The position numbers and the translations under genes are program-made. A stretch of 30,756 bases of DNA from a virus. Its lineage: Duplodnaviria > Caudoviricetes. The notes under the pieces were generated by a model that searched no databases, was not told the origin of the DNA, and saw only the letters and a program-made list of their open reading frames with translations. The stretch is from the IMG/VR virus record IMGVR_UViG_3300025635_000114, positions 1-30,756 of that record. One strand, written 5' to 3'. Of this stretch, positions 1 to 9,595 are shown piece after piece (positions within the stretch are counted from its first letter, which is position 1; each line of letters begins with the position of its first letter).

Positions 1-2
1 CA

Positions 3-1823
3 GGCAACCCGTTGGCGGGCGGCAAGGTTTACACCTACGCGGCTGGCACGACCACCCCGCAGGCGACCTATACGGATTACACGGGCGGCGTCGCCAACGC
101 GAACCCCGTCATCCTCAACACTCGCGGCGAGGCCAGCATCTGGTTCACGACCGCCCAGTACAAGCTCAAGCTGACCGACGCCGACGACGTAGAAATTTAC
201 ACCGTCGATAATTTGAACGGCCCAGATCTCGCCACGCTTGCGCTCCTCGCGGCGTCCTCGGGATCGTCGCTGATCGGTTACATCAACACGGGCACGGGGG
301 CCACCGCCCGCACGGTGCAGGCGCGTCTGCGCGATATGCTCTCGGTCAAGGACTTCGGCGCGGTCGGCGACGGCACGACCAACGACGCCACGGCCATCCA
401 GAACGCGATCAACGCGGCGGCGGCACTCCCGGCAAGCGGCGGTTCGTCGGGCTTGGGCGGCATCTCGGGCGCGACGGTGTATTTCCCGCCGGGCGTCTAT
501 CGCATCAACTCGGGCCTCACGGTCACGAACGGCGTCAAGCTGGTCGGTAACGGCGAACGCTCCAGCGTCATCAACTACTACGGCAGCGGCGCGGCTATCT
601 CCAACGTCACGCCGGGCACCCGCATCGGCAAGATCGGCATCATGGAGATGACCATTGCGAACAAGGCATCGGGCACGATTGGTCTTGACCTTGACTCGGT
701 GTCTTATTCCGAATTCGCCTCGCTGTGGATCGACAGCTTCACGACCGCCGTCAAGATCAACTCGCCCACCTCGGGCTGGTCGGTCTACAACCGTTTTTAC
801 AACGTCACCTCTAACCTTTGCACGACCGGCTACTGGCTAACCGGAACGTCGTCTAACGCGCACACGTTTTATGCCTGCCGTTACAACACCGGCACGGTGA
901 ATTCAAACGGCATTGGCTGGAAGATTGAAAACAGCAACGGCAACCAAGTTATTGCTTGCCACGGCGACATGGTTTCAAACACCACCTATTTCGCCAAGCT
1001 GACCGCATCAAGCGCAAACCTTACCGACGGCAACGTGTTCTGGGGAAACCGCATTGAAGGCGACGGTTCTTACACCGTGTACGGTTTTGATGTCGGAACC
1101 AACGTCGGATATACCGTCATCGGCGGCAACTACTACACCGCCATTACGCAGACGCGCAATCTGACGGATAACGGCACCGGCACGAACATGGCCGATCCTT
1201 CGTGGACAACGCCGGGCATCAGCGGATACTTCCCGTGGAACGGCGTGGTAACCGGCCAGATCGTTTACAAGCGCGACGGCGATGGCGGCACGTATTACCC
1301 GTTCATGGTGCTGAACGACAATAACTCGTCGTCCGGCACGCCCGTCACGCTGCAAGTCATCACGCAGCGTCAGACCGGTCAATCTATCCAAGTGTTGCGC
1401 CAGACGACTGCGGCCAGCATCTCGGGCATCACGCAGGCCAACCCGTGCGTCATCACTACCTCGTCGGCGCATGGCATCACCATTGGGTCACAAGTGGCGC
1501 TGTCCGGCATCGTCGGCATGACGCAACTCAACGGCGTCACGACCTACGTCACCGCCACGACCTCGACGACGATCACGTTGGGCGCGATCAACTCGACCTC
1601 ATACACGGCGTATTCGTCGGGCGGCACCGTTACGCCACAGACGGCGCAGTTCGCGGTGGGCGGCGACGGCATGATCGTTCAGCAAAACGTGTCCAAGGCG
1701 TTGAGTTCGCCGACCAACAACGCGCTGTATATCGGCCAGTTGTACGTCGATACCAACAGCAACGGCGGTTATATTTCGTACCGCACCGGCTTCGGCGCAG
1801 GCGATTGGAAACTCATCACATGA
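3..1823 (+). CDS. Tailspike / receptor-binding protein, right-handed beta-helix (pectate lyase 3-like), 5'-truncated
   Basis: Frame is open from base 3 (GNPLAGGKVYTYAAGTTTP, a common virion-attachment N-terminus); SVKDFGAVGDGTTNDATAIQNAINAA and VYFPPGVY beta-helix start motifs; Asn/Gly-rich rungs. Confidence 0.88.
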   Translation, partial: GNPLAGGKVYTYAAGTTTPQATYTDYTGGVANANPVILNTRGEASIWFTTAQYKLKLTDADDVEIYTVDNLNGPDLATLALLAASSGSSLIGYINTGTGATARTVQARLRDMLSVKDFGAVGDGTTNDATAIQNAINAAAALPASGGSSGLGGISGATVYFPPGVYRINSGLTVTNGVKLVGNGERSSVINYYGSGAAISNVTPGTRIGKIGIMEMTIANKASGTIGLDLDSVSYSEFASLWIDSFTTAVKINSPTSGWSVYNRFYNVTSNLCTTGYWLTGTSSNAHTFYACRYNTGTVNSNGIGWKIENSNGNQVIACHGDMVSNTTYFAKLTASSANLTDGNVFWGNRIEGDGSYTVYGFDVGTNVGYTVIGGNYYTAITQTRNLTDNGTGTNMADPSWTTPGISGYFPWNGVVTGQIVYKRDGDGGTYYPFMVLNDNNSSSGTPVTLQVITQRQTGQSIQVLRQTTAASISGITQANPCVITTSSAHGITIGSQVALSGIVGMTQLNGVTTYVTATTSTTITLGAINSTSYTAYSSGGTVTPQTAQFAVGGDGMIVQQNVSKALSSPTNNALYIGQLYVDTNSNGGYISYRTGFGAGDWKLIT

Positions 1824-2173
1824 CGCATCTGGCTGATGATCGTGACCTTGCGCTCTCCGTAGGCTATCGCGCCACGGATTGGAGCGAACCGTTAGACTTT
1901 GACACGTACCTTAACGCTCTAACGGATTGGCACGTTCAAGCCATTATGCGCGGCGATGAGTGCATCGGCGCGGTGTATCGAAAAGAGGACGAAGTTCACG
2001 TATCCATCGTCCCCGAGTGGCGTAGGAAGTGGGCGACCAAAGGGCTGTTGCGGCAAGTGTGCAGCAAAGGCACATCGACCCGCGTAACACCCGGTCACGA
2101 CTATATGTACGGCATTTTGGCTCGTTTAGGATTTAAGCCGACCGACAGCGGCAAACTGGTATTGGAGCAATAA
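1820..2173 (+). CDS. GNAT-fold virion assembly protein (P22 gp14 / T7 gp13-like position)
   Basis: ATG at 1820 overlaps the tailspike stop (ATGA); EVHVSIVPEWRRKW and LARLGF resemble GNAT motifs; lies directly before the ejection genes. Confidence 0.65.
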   Translation: MTHLADDRDLALSVGYRATDWSEPLDFDTYLNALTDWHVQAIMRGDECIGAVYRKEDEVHVSIVPEWRRKWATKGLLRQVCSKGTSTRVTPGHDYMYGILARLGFKPTDSGKLVLEQ

Positions 2174-2174
2174 C

Positions 2175-2906
2175 ATGGGCATCGAAACAGCACTCCTCGC
2201 ACCTATCATTAGCGGAGCAGGAAGCATTATCGGCGGCGCATTGCAGGGCAGCGCGGCTAGAGGTGCCGCTAGGACGCAGGCTCAAGGTGCCGCAGATGCG
2301 CGGGCGCAAATACAAGCCGCGTTAGACAAAATTGAAGGATTTTCCAAATCTTACCGCGACACGGGTGAGGCAGGATTAACGCGCATCAACGAAATGTTGC
2401 CGTATTTCTCGACGCCCGTTACCGCTGAAGAAATCCAAAATATGCCCGGCTACCAGTTCATGGTCGGGCAAGGCACCGGAGCCGCTCGTCAGCGATTTAA
2501 CGCGATGGGCGGTGGTAGCAACATGGATCGCGCTGCACAAAAGTTTGCAGCCGATTATACGACCAGCGTTGCGCTGCCCGCGCTGATGCAACAGAAGTCG
2601 GACATTTTTAACCGTCTTGCGGGCATCGCCAATATCGGCCAGACCGCTATCGGCCAATACGGGCAGGCGTTGGGTTCGGGTACGGGCGCAATGGCAAACC
2701 TTACGACCGGCGCGGCGAATGCTTTGGCAGGCGGTCAAGTTGGTGCTGCGAACGCTTACGCGGGTGGATTAGGCGGGTTTGGTAATTCGTTGTGGATGTA
2801 TCAGTTGATGCGTCAGCGTAACGATCCCGGCATGGGTCTTTCACGTTCGCAGTTAGATACGTTGTTGCCCGAAGTGACGCCGACTGGCCCCATTCCACGC
2901 GGCTAA
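2175..2906 (+). CDS. DNA ejection (pilot) protein, P22 gp7-like
   Basis: Gly/Ala-rich hydrophobic N-terminus (IISGAGSIIGGALQGSAARGAA), PGYQF motif, Gly/Ala/Asn-rich C-terminus; synteny. Confidence 0.75.
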   Translation: MGIETALLAPIISGAGSIIGGALQGSAARGAARTQAQGAADARAQIQAALDKIEGFSKSYRDTGEAGLTRINEMLPYFSTPVTAEEIQNMPGYQFMVGQGTGAARQRFNAMGGGSNMDRAAQKFAADYTTSVALPALMQQKSDIFNRLAGIANIGQTAIGQYGQALGSGTGAMANLTTGAANALAGGQVGAANAYAGGLGGFGNSLWMYQLMRQRNDPGMGLSRSQLDTLLPEVTPTGPIPRG

Positions 2907-2920
2907 AGAGGAATTAAATT

Positions 2921-4519
2921 ATGGCCGTAGGTTTTGACGTAAACCCGATCCAGCCGGTTGCTACGCAGATTAAGCCGCCGGAGGCAATGTCATTGGCCGA
3001 TATGGTCAACATGGCCCGTGGTATTCAAGCCTATCGCTCAAGCGCGATTACGTTGTCCAAACAAGAGCAAGAAAACCGCGAACGGCTGGCATTGCAAGAC
3101 TTTTTCAGCAAACCCGAAAACTTCCAGACCGATGGCCGCATGGACTTGAACAAAGTCAACGCCGCCGTTCCGCAACTTGCACCGCTAACGGGCCGCGATA
3201 TTGTTAAGAACATCGCAGAAGTGTCGCAAGCGCAAACGGCGGCAGATGTTGCGACTCGAAATCTTACAACTGATGCTCGTCGAGTGGTGTCAACGCGTCT
3301 TGGAATTTTGGGTCGTGCGGGCGTTAAAGAACCGTCAGCATATTCGGCAGAATTAGATCAACTTTCCAAAGAGTACGGCGATGACCAAAACATGAATAAA
3401 GCCGTCGAAACCTACAAGAATTTAATTTCGCGTATGCCCGGCGGTGATGCGTTGCCGCAGATAGCGATTCGAGCCGCGCAATCCATAATGACGCCGACAG
3501 AACAACAAGCCGCATTTGCGCCGTCTGTGTCCATGCAAAACGTTGGTGCGACGTTGCAGCCATTTGCCGTTACGCAGCAGACGGGCGGCATGGCCCCGCG
3601 TGTTGAACGCGCAGGCGCAGGATTTCCGATTAGTCTGCCGCCGGGTAGCCGCGTACAACCGACCGGCCGCGTTGACGTTAATAACAATCCGACTGCATAC
3701 GTTTATTCGGCTGATGGCACGATGGTCGGCGAAATACCGATCCCTGCTGGTGCGCCGCAAGGTGGTGCAGTTGCGCCGCCCGCTGGTGCTACGGCTCCGC
3801 GTCGTGGCCCCGTCATGCCGCCGGTTGGCCCGCAAGCAGCCACAGGAACAGTACGCCGATTGCCGCCGGGTGAAACAGCAGAAACTTATGCAGCAGGACA
3901 AAAAATCCGCAATGACGCAAGAGCCGCAGCGCAATCAGTTTCAGATCAATTAGCCAACAACAACGAAATTGTTCGCATTATCGACAGCGGTGAAATTGCC
4001 ACAGGAACGGGCGCGGAAACATTGCGTAACTTGGGCGGCGGGTATGCAGTTCTTGGCGAGTTTGTTGATCCGTCTAAAGCCGCCGTCAATTACGACAAGA
4101 TTGGCGATTTTCTTGCTCGACAAACCACTAACATTGCCCAAACAGCAGGATTCAATACTGATTCTGCGAGAAAAATTGGAGAGGAACAAACCGGACATAA
4201 AGGTTGGACGCCGGAAGCATTGAAGTCGGTTGCGCGATTAAATAGATCGCTTGCGACAATGGCGCGGTTTTATAACATGGGCATTACTAACGTATTTAAT
4301 GCCACAAAAGACCCGATCGCAGTCGCGCAATACCGTGATGATTGGAATAACGCATTGTCTCGGGATGCGGCGCGAATAATTGATGTGACCTATAACCGAG
4401 ATCAAGATAAAAACGGGCCGAGAGAATTGGCAGAAGAATTTGGCGGCGTAGACAGCCCACGATATAAAGCAGCACTTAAAAATGTTGCTCGACTGTATAA
4501 GTTGGCGGGAGGCAAGTAA
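2921..4519 (+). CDS. DNA ejection protein, gp20-like position
   Basis: 532-aa helical Ala/Gln-rich ORF with a Pro-rich linker; RBS GAGGA; second of three genes after the gp14-like gene. Confidence 0.6.
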   Translation: MAVGFDVNPIQPVATQIKPPEAMSLADMVNMARGIQAYRSSAITLSKQEQENRERLALQDFFSKPENFQTDGRMDLNKVNAAVPQLAPLTGRDIVKNIAEVSQAQTAADVATRNLTTDARRVVSTRLGILGRAGVKEPSAYSAELDQLSKEYGDDQNMNKAVETYKNLISRMPGGDALPQIAIRAAQSIMTPTEQQAAFAPSVSMQNVGATLQPFAVTQQTGGMAPRVERAGAGFPISLPPGSRVQPTGRVDVNNNPTAYVYSADGTMVGEIPIPAGAPQGGAVAPPAGATAPRRGPVMPPVGPQAATGTVRRLPPGETAETYAAGQKIRNDARAAAQSVSDQLANNNEIVRIIDSGEIATGTGAETLRNLGGGYAVLGEFVDPSKAAVNYDKIGDFLARQTTNIAQTAGFNTDSARKIGEEQTGHKGWTPEALKSVARLNRSLATMARFYNMGITNVFNATKDPIAVAQYRDDWNNALSRDAARIIDVTYNRDQDKNGPRELAEEFGGVDSPRYKAALKNVARLYKLAGGK

Positions 4520-6852
4520 TGGCCGCTGATCCGCAAGACCCGATTTTAAGCGGCATGAATCCTGCGGAAATTGACGCCGTATTCCGACAATCAGCCGGTG
4601 CAAAATCAAGATCCGCAGTTCCGCAAGCGGCAAACGAGGAACCGTCGATAGAGGATTTTAATCCGTTGTCGGTTGATAAGGCATTTCGTCAAGCCGCAGC
4701 GCAGCCTGCAACGCCGAAGGTTAAAAGCATTTTTAAGCGGGCGATTTCTGGTGCTGAAGATGTATTGCGAACCGCAGGGCAAGGCGCAGCGGCAGCAGCA
4801 GACATTCCGTTTGAAACAATTCCTGCACTTATTGAAACGACCACGTATCCTGCAGCCCGCGCTTTAGGGCAAACACCGGAACAAGCGCAACGCACCGCTG
4901 GCAGAGTTGCCGGAACCGCCGCAAGTTATTTCGCACAACCCTTTGGCAAAGCGTTCGGCGTTACAGAAACGCCGGGATATAAAGGCATGGGCTTTGCAGA
5001 ATTTGTTGCAAAATACGCTGACAAAGGCGCGAATTGGATTTCGCAGCAAACAGGTGCGCCAGCCGAGGACGTAAAAAACGTCATGGCTCAACTTGGGTTT
5101 GTTGCCGGTGGGCCTGCGGGAGAAGTCGCGGGCGCAGCCGGTCGCGCTGTAGGCGGTGCATTGAAGCGTGAGGCCGGTTACGTCGCTGGTGCCGCCCGCG
5201 ATGCCGTGTCGGGCTTTAAGGCAGATCGCGCCGTTAAAGAAAACAAAATACCCACCGAGATGCAAGCGCAGTTTGACGCGCAGCGAAGCATGGGTGCAGC
5301 GCAAGCACAGCCGAATCCGTGGAAAACGGTATTTTCTGGTGCGGAAGAAGTTAAGGGCGAATATCCGAAAATTCGAAGCGCAACAATATCCAAGCCGCGA
5401 AATGTTGCAGAACAGCAAGCGGTGCGCGAATTGTTGACAGATGTTCTTGGCGATAATGTCGGTGCGTTACGCGAAGGCGTTGTGACCGGCGACATCGGAA
5501 AATTAAAAGACGAATACCACTTGTTAAAGCGTCCCGAGGATAGTCCCGAAGGCGCGGTAATGAAGTCGCAGATTGCTAAAGAGCAAGAGGCGTTAACCAA
5601 TTATGGTCGGCAACGTATTGAGGCAACTGGCGCAGACCCACTTTTGCAAAATGCAGAAGAACGCGGAAGTCGAATATACGATTTATTTACCGGCGAAACG
5701 GACAGTATTCGCGGTTGGCTTAATCAACAAAAAAATGAATTGTATGCCGATGCTAGAGACAAGGTAGGCTCAAACCCGGTTACGGGTAACAACATTGGCG
5801 ACACAATTAAAGATGACGTTTTTACGGCAACTGCGGAAGCCACAAAAAACAAAGAACTGGTTAGCGGCGTTGAAAAGTTAATTAACCTTGCAAAAACCAA
5901 AGGTTTCAAAGACAAGGGACGAATTATTCAACCTAACACGATTGATGCGTGGGAATTTGTTCGTCAACGACTTAATACGTTACGCAACGAAACAAACAAA
6001 GGGTTAATTAAAGACTTAAACGGCGCAATAGATTTAGACATTGCCGAAGCCGCAGGAGGAGACTTTCTTCCTCGCGCTCGACGCTTGCATGAAATTGAAA
6101 AAACCATTTTTGGCGAAAAAGGCATCAAACGTGCGTTTTCAAAATTGTCGGAAAACGGCGTAGAAACTGGTGTTCCGTTTGAGAAGATTCCGCAGCATCT
6201 CAACAGTTTGCCCGTTGGCGAGTGGAAACACATTGTCGATACTGCCGAAATGTTGGCGCGTGGGAAGTTTGTTGATCCCATTGGCAACAAAAAAGGCCAA
6301 CCGCGATTTACGTTAGACATCCCGCCGGAAGTGCAGCAAAACGCAAAACGTGCGTTAGCAGAGATTCGTGGATCGTTAGCGCGTGAGGCGTTTGAAAAAG
6401 GCGCGTCTACGGAAAACTGGAACGCTAGGGCATATAACGAAATCTTGAACGCAAGAGGCCCGAAAATTTCGTATGGATTTCCGTTAGACCAACAACAAGC
6501 ATTTCATCGGTTGAACCTTGCCGGTCAGTTAATGCCCGCGAAGTTTGAATACGAAGGCGCGGCGATTCAGACGGCAAGAGAAAGCCGCGTGCAAAAGGGA
6601 TTGGAATTGGCGCGAAAGGCCGCGCAAGTTGGCGTTCCAGCGGCGGGCGCAGGCGCAGGAGCGTTTATTGGTACTGCATTTGAAGCACCGGGATTCGGCG
6701 CAGGGCTTGGCGCAATCGCTAGTCAGCAATTAAAATCTTCGGTTGAGGGTGCGATGGCCGCAAAAGCCGCGCAAAACATGACGAAACGTATGCAGGAACA
6801 GTTTCAGAAAGGCCGCACTCCGATCAATCAAATGATCCCGCCACAACAGTAG
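4519..6852 (+). CDS. Large DNA ejection protein, gp16-like position
   Basis: 777 aa, TAATG-coupled; Gly/Ala hydrophobic segments including AAGAGAGAFIGTAFEAPGFGAGLGAIA near the C-terminus. Confidence 0.6.
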   Translation: MAADPQDPILSGMNPAEIDAVFRQSAGAKSRSAVPQAANEEPSIEDFNPLSVDKAFRQAAAQPATPKVKSIFKRAISGAEDVLRTAGQGAAAAADIPFETIPALIETTTYPAARALGQTPEQAQRTAGRVAGTAASYFAQPFGKAFGVTETPGYKGMGFAEFVAKYADKGANWISQQTGAPAEDVKNVMAQLGFVAGGPAGEVAGAAGRAVGGALKREAGYVAGAARDAVSGFKADRAVKENKIPTEMQAQFDAQRSMGAAQAQPNPWKTVFSGAEEVKGEYPKIRSATISKPRNVAEQQAVRELLTDVLGDNVGALREGVVTGDIGKLKDEYHLLKRPEDSPEGAVMKSQIAKEQEALTNYGRQRIEATGADPLLQNAEERGSRIYDLFTGETDSIRGWLNQQKNELYADARDKVGSNPVTGNNIGDTIKDDVFTATAEATKNKELVSGVEKLINLAKTKGFKDKGRIIQPNTIDAWEFVRQRLNTLRNETNKGLIKDLNGAIDLDIAEAAGGDFLPRARRLHEIEKTIFGEKGIKRAFSKLSENGVETGVPFEKIPQHLNSLPVGEWKHIVDTAEMLARGKFVDPIGNKKGQPRFTLDIPPEVQQNAKRALAEIRGSLAREAFEKGASTENWNARAYNEILNARGPKISYGFPLDQQQAFHRLNLAGQLMPAKFEYEGAAIQTARESRVQKGLELARKAAQVGVPAAGAGAGAFIGTAFEAPGFGAGLGAIASQQLKSSVEGAMAAKAAQNMTKRMQEQFQKGRTPINQMIPPQQ

Positions 6853-6864
6853 GGAAGCGACAAG

Positions 6865-7080
6865 ATGACGACCGTGCAAGAACTTGAAGTAACCGTAACC
6901 TCGCACATCGACGTGTGTGCGGTGCGTTATGAGGGCATCGCCACCGAAATGCGCGGCGTCAACGCTCGTCTGAAACGCATGGAACGCATCATTATTAACG
7001 GCGGTGCTGCGGCGATTGTGATCTTGCTGACTGCCCTCGGTACGCTGGCGATCCTGCTGCTAGAAGCGATGCACAAATGA
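6865..7080 (+). CDS. Small membrane protein, coiled coil plus C-terminal TM (XhlA/holin-like)
   Basis: HIDVCAVRYEGI...RLKRME followed by a ~22-aa hydrophobic helix; first gene of the lysis cluster. Confidence 0.6.
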   Translation: MTTVQELEVTVTSHIDVCAVRYEGIATEMRGVNARLKRMERIIINGGAAAIVILLTALGTLAILLLEAMHK

Positions 7081-7337
7081 ATTGGGGCGAAATCCTCAAG
7101 ATGGTCGTGCCGATCCTAGTCATCAGCATTGGCTGGCTCTTGGGGCAAGTCTCGTCGTTCAGCAACCGGTTGATTAGCATCGAATCCAAGATGCCCGCGT
7201 TGATTACCAGCGAAGGAACGCCAACCGATAGCCCGCTGTCTGCCGAAAAACGGCAGAAACTAAAAGAGGAAATCCAACGCGAGATCAACGACCTCAACGT
7301 GCGCGTGACGCTGTTAGAGGAGCGCCAAAAGCGATGA
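7077..7337 (+). CDS. Membrane protein, N-terminal TM plus coiled coil (lysis cassette)
   Basis: ATGA-coupled; MVVPILVISIGWLLG TM; C-terminal heptads (LKEEIQREINDLNVRVTLLE). Confidence 0.6.
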   Translation: MNWGEILKMVVPILVISIGWLLGQVSSFSNRLISIESKMPALITSEGTPTDSPLSAEKRQKLKEEIQREINDLNVRVTLLEERQKR

Positions 7338-7861
7338 TGCCGTTGATTCAAGGGCTGTTGTCCAACGGCTTGAGCCTTGTCGCCAACGCTGTCATGGCAA
7401 GGGGCCAGCAGTTCGTCGAGGACAAGTTAGGCGTGAAACTCGCGCCGAACATGAGTCCCGAGCAAGTCGCCGAACTCAAGATCAAGGAGATGGAGCATGA
7501 GGAAGAACTTATGCGCCTGCGCCTTGAGGAAGGCAAGCTGGGGCTGGAAGAACTCGGCATCCGCATTAAGGACGTAGGCTCGGCCCGCGACCGCGAAGTG
7601 CAGATCGCCACGAACAAAGACGCGCCGTTGCTGAATAAGATCGTGACGCCGTTGCTCGCCCTGTCGCTGTTGCTGATTACGTTCGTGCTGTTCGGCGTCG
7701 TGATGTTCCAGAGCGACCCGGTGGATAGCAGCCGCAAGGACATTTTGATCTACATTTTGGGCGTGTTGTCGGCTATCTCGACGCAAATCGTGTCCTACTA
7801 TTTCGGTTCGTCGCAGGGCAGTAAGGACAAGTCCGAAGCTCTGGAAAAGGCCATCAAATGA
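7334..7861 (+). CDS. Holin-like protein (two C-terminal TMs, YYFGSS motif)
   Basis: SARDRE motif, two hydrophobic helices, YYFGSSQGS tail; directly upstream of the endolysin. Confidence 0.7.
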   Translation: MMPLIQGLLSNGLSLVANAVMARGQQFVEDKLGVKLAPNMSPEQVAELKIKEMEHEEELMRLRLEEGKLGLEELGIRIKDVGSARDREVQIATNKDAPLLNKIVTPLLALSLLLITFVLFGVVMFQSDPVDSSRKDILIYILGVLSAISTQIVSYYFGSSQGSKDKSEALEKAIK

Positions 7862-8244
7862 GCCTCGTCAACGAACAGGCGGCGTTCCTGCTGGATGTTG
7901 GCAAGCTGGTGCTGGAAGCCACCCGGCAGGGCTTTACGGTGACGGCGGGCGAGATGTACCGCACACCCGAACAACAGGCCGTGTACGTTAAGACAGGCCG
8001 ATCCAAGACCATGAATAGCCTGCACCTTACCCGGCGGGCGGTGGATCTAAACTTTTTCCAAAACGGAAAACTTGTATACAACCGGGATACACTTGCGCCG
8101 CTCGGTGCGTATTGGGAGTCGTTGCACCCGCTCAATAGCTGGGGCGGCAACGGGCAGAAACTGGTGGACGTACCCCATTTCAGCCGGGGTGACGGCAAAC
8201 CAGAGTGGCGGCGGCTAACCGATTCCGTCCCAAAACCGGCCTAG
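7858..8244 (+). CDS. Endolysin, M15 family zinc peptidase (L-Ala-D-Glu peptidase-like)
   Basis: YRTPEQQ, SLHLTRRAVD (SxHx6D), WGG and DVPHF zinc-ligand motifs. Confidence 0.88.
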   Translation: MSLVNEQAAFLLDVGKLVLEATRQGFTVTAGEMYRTPEQQAVYVKTGRSKTMNSLHLTRRAVDLNFFQNGKLVYNRDTLAPLGAYWESLHPLNSWGGNGQKLVDVPHFSRGDGKPEWRRLTDSVPKPA

Positions 8245-8409
8245 ATACCCCAGAAGCCAATCGGCCTCACGCTCCAAGTGCTGATGCCGCATCCGGTACA
8301 GCACCTCGTTAAGCGTTAGAGGTAATCCCTCCCGTGTCGGCGGCAGGCCCAGTTCGGTGTCGGGCCATACTTCCACTCGGTGGCTATGTCGTTCCTGTGT
8401 TTCGTCCAT
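8215..8409 (-). CDS. Possible hypothetical protein (64 aa) overlapping both neighbours
   Basis: Open frame with a plausible amphipathic C-terminal helix but no clear RBS; overlaps the endolysin end and ORF 8316-8438. Confidence 0.3.
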   Translation of the reverse strand: MDETQERHSHRVEVWPDTELGLPPTREGLPLTLNEVLYRMRHQHLEREADWLLGYLGRFWDGIG

Positions 8410-8438
8410 AAGTCAAACATCCACATCAACCATGTCAT
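8316..8438 (-). CDS. Small Trp-rich hypothetical protein (40 aa, MTWLMWMFDLW...GRDYL)
   Basis: Not in the ORF track; ATG overlaps the DUF1364 stop (ATGA) and is preceded by AGAGGAGG. Confidence 0.6.
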   Translation of the reverse strand: MTWLMWMFDLWTKHRNDIATEWKYGPTPNWACRRHGRDYL

Positions 8439-8719
8439 AAAACCTCCTCTGAACGCAATACGGCTAGGGTTCGGATGACCCCCTCCAGATGAGCGAGTCT
8501 GACGTAATCACGCTCCAGATCGGTGTGGGAGCGCCTATCGACGGCATCGTGGCACGCCGAGCAAGACCATGACCCCAAGGCGTCGTCTGCCTTGATTCCG
8601 ATACCAGAAACGCCCGCCAGACGGACATGGGCCAGCACGGTGGTCTCGGAGTTGTGGTTGCAGATGCCGGGTAGCCGGATCATGCACCCACGACCCCGAG
8701 CCTGTTCCCGTAGGTTCAC
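8435..8719 (-). CDS. DUF1364 / YbcO-like zinc-binding putative nuclease
   Basis: ARGRGCMIRLPGICNHNSETTVLAH and WSCSACHDAVD motifs; GTG at 8719 coupled to the upstream stop. Confidence 0.85.
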   Translation of the reverse strand: MNLREQARGRGCMIRLPGICNHNSETTVLAHVRLAGVSGIGIKADDALGSWSCSACHDAVDRRSHTDLERDYVRLAHLEGVIRTLAVLRSEEVL

Positions 8720-9012
8720 GCGGCGATCCATACGGCGGCAGACCGGCCCGTGCGGGTCTTGCGGTTGATCGTGGCGCGGGTCACCAGACCCAGCTCCATC
8801 AGCTCAATTCTGCGTGGTCGTTCGGTGCTGGGGTTCATGTTGAGGCCCACTTGGATTTCGTCGTCGGTTGCTCCGTAGTCGCCTCGCTCCTCAATAAACC
8901 GAAGCACCTTATCGCGCAAGGTCGCCGCCGAAGGCTTGATCGCCGCCGCCGCATCAAACGATGATCCGCTGTGTTCTTGAAAGGGCGGGAATTCGATGCT
9001 GTGCTGGATCAT
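8716..9012 (-). CDS. Winged-HTH DNA-binding protein
   Basis: GATDDEI...PSTERPRRIELMELGLV...RKTRTGRSAAVW wHTH pattern; ATGA-coupled start at 9012. Confidence 0.7.
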   Translation of the reverse strand: MIQHSIEFPPFQEHSGSSFDAAAAIKPSAATLRDKVLRFIEERGDYGATDDEIQVGLNMNPSTERPRRIELMELGLVTRATINRKTRTGRSAAVWIAA

Positions 9013-9182
9013 GGCTCTCTCCACTTGAACTCACCGGTTTTCCCATCGTAGTAAGCGCAATCCAAAGCAATTGCTGCCTTATGCGCCGTCCCGTTTGCCA
9101 GACCGTAGCCGATCCATGCGCCAAACATCATGCCCGAGCATAACGACACCAGAAACGGTATCCAGAATTCTTGATCTTTCAT
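9009..9182 (-). CDS. Small membrane protein (57 aa)
   Basis: ATG at 9182 with GGAGG upstream, ATGA-coupled; N-terminal hydrophobic helix. Confidence 0.6.
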   Translation of the reverse strand: MKDQEFWIPFLVSLCSGMMFGAWIGYGLANGTAHKAAIALDCAYYDGKTGEFKWREP

Positions 9183-9595
9183 ACGTCCTCCGTGTAGATC
9201 GGTTCGGGCAGCGGCCCTATGCCGATCTCGATGCATTTGTTTTCGATGAACAGCAGAAACTCACGAAATTCTTGTACGGTCAAATTGCTGCTACGTTTGA
9301 GCGGTCGCAGTCGTTTGCGTCCTAATCCTTCAAGAACCTCAAACCCGAAACATTCGCCTAAAAAATATTCGTGCAAATCTGCTCGATGGTAACCGCGCAA
9401 CATTTCGCCGCCTGCCTCTAAAATCATGGGATAAACCACCCCATTCAAAAAGGCGTTTTGAGCGTTTGAGCGACGTTTCTTCCAAGGCTCCACGGTGATC
9501 GCCCACGATTTCGTAGTGTCAATCGAGGCAACCATCGTGGCGACAGCCTTGATGATGTCGTCGGCCTGCGTGCCTTTTGGGAATATGCGCTTCAT
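9179..9595 (-). CDS. NinB/Orf-like recombination accessory protein
   Basis: VEPWKKRRSNAQNAFL and SSNLTVQEFREFLLFIE match the NinB/YbcN pattern. Confidence 0.75.
   Translation of the reverse strand: MKRIFPKGTQADDIIKAVATMVASIDTTKSWAITVEPWKKRRSNAQNAFLNGVVYPMILEAGGEMLRGYHRADLHEYFLGECFGFEVLEGLGRKRLRPLKRSSNLTVQEFREFLLFIENKCIEIGIGPLPEPIYTEDV

Noticed and set aside
1445-1819. N-terminal extension of the 242-aa ORF
   Set aside because: Overlaps the tailspike out of frame; the coupled ATG at 1820 is the better start
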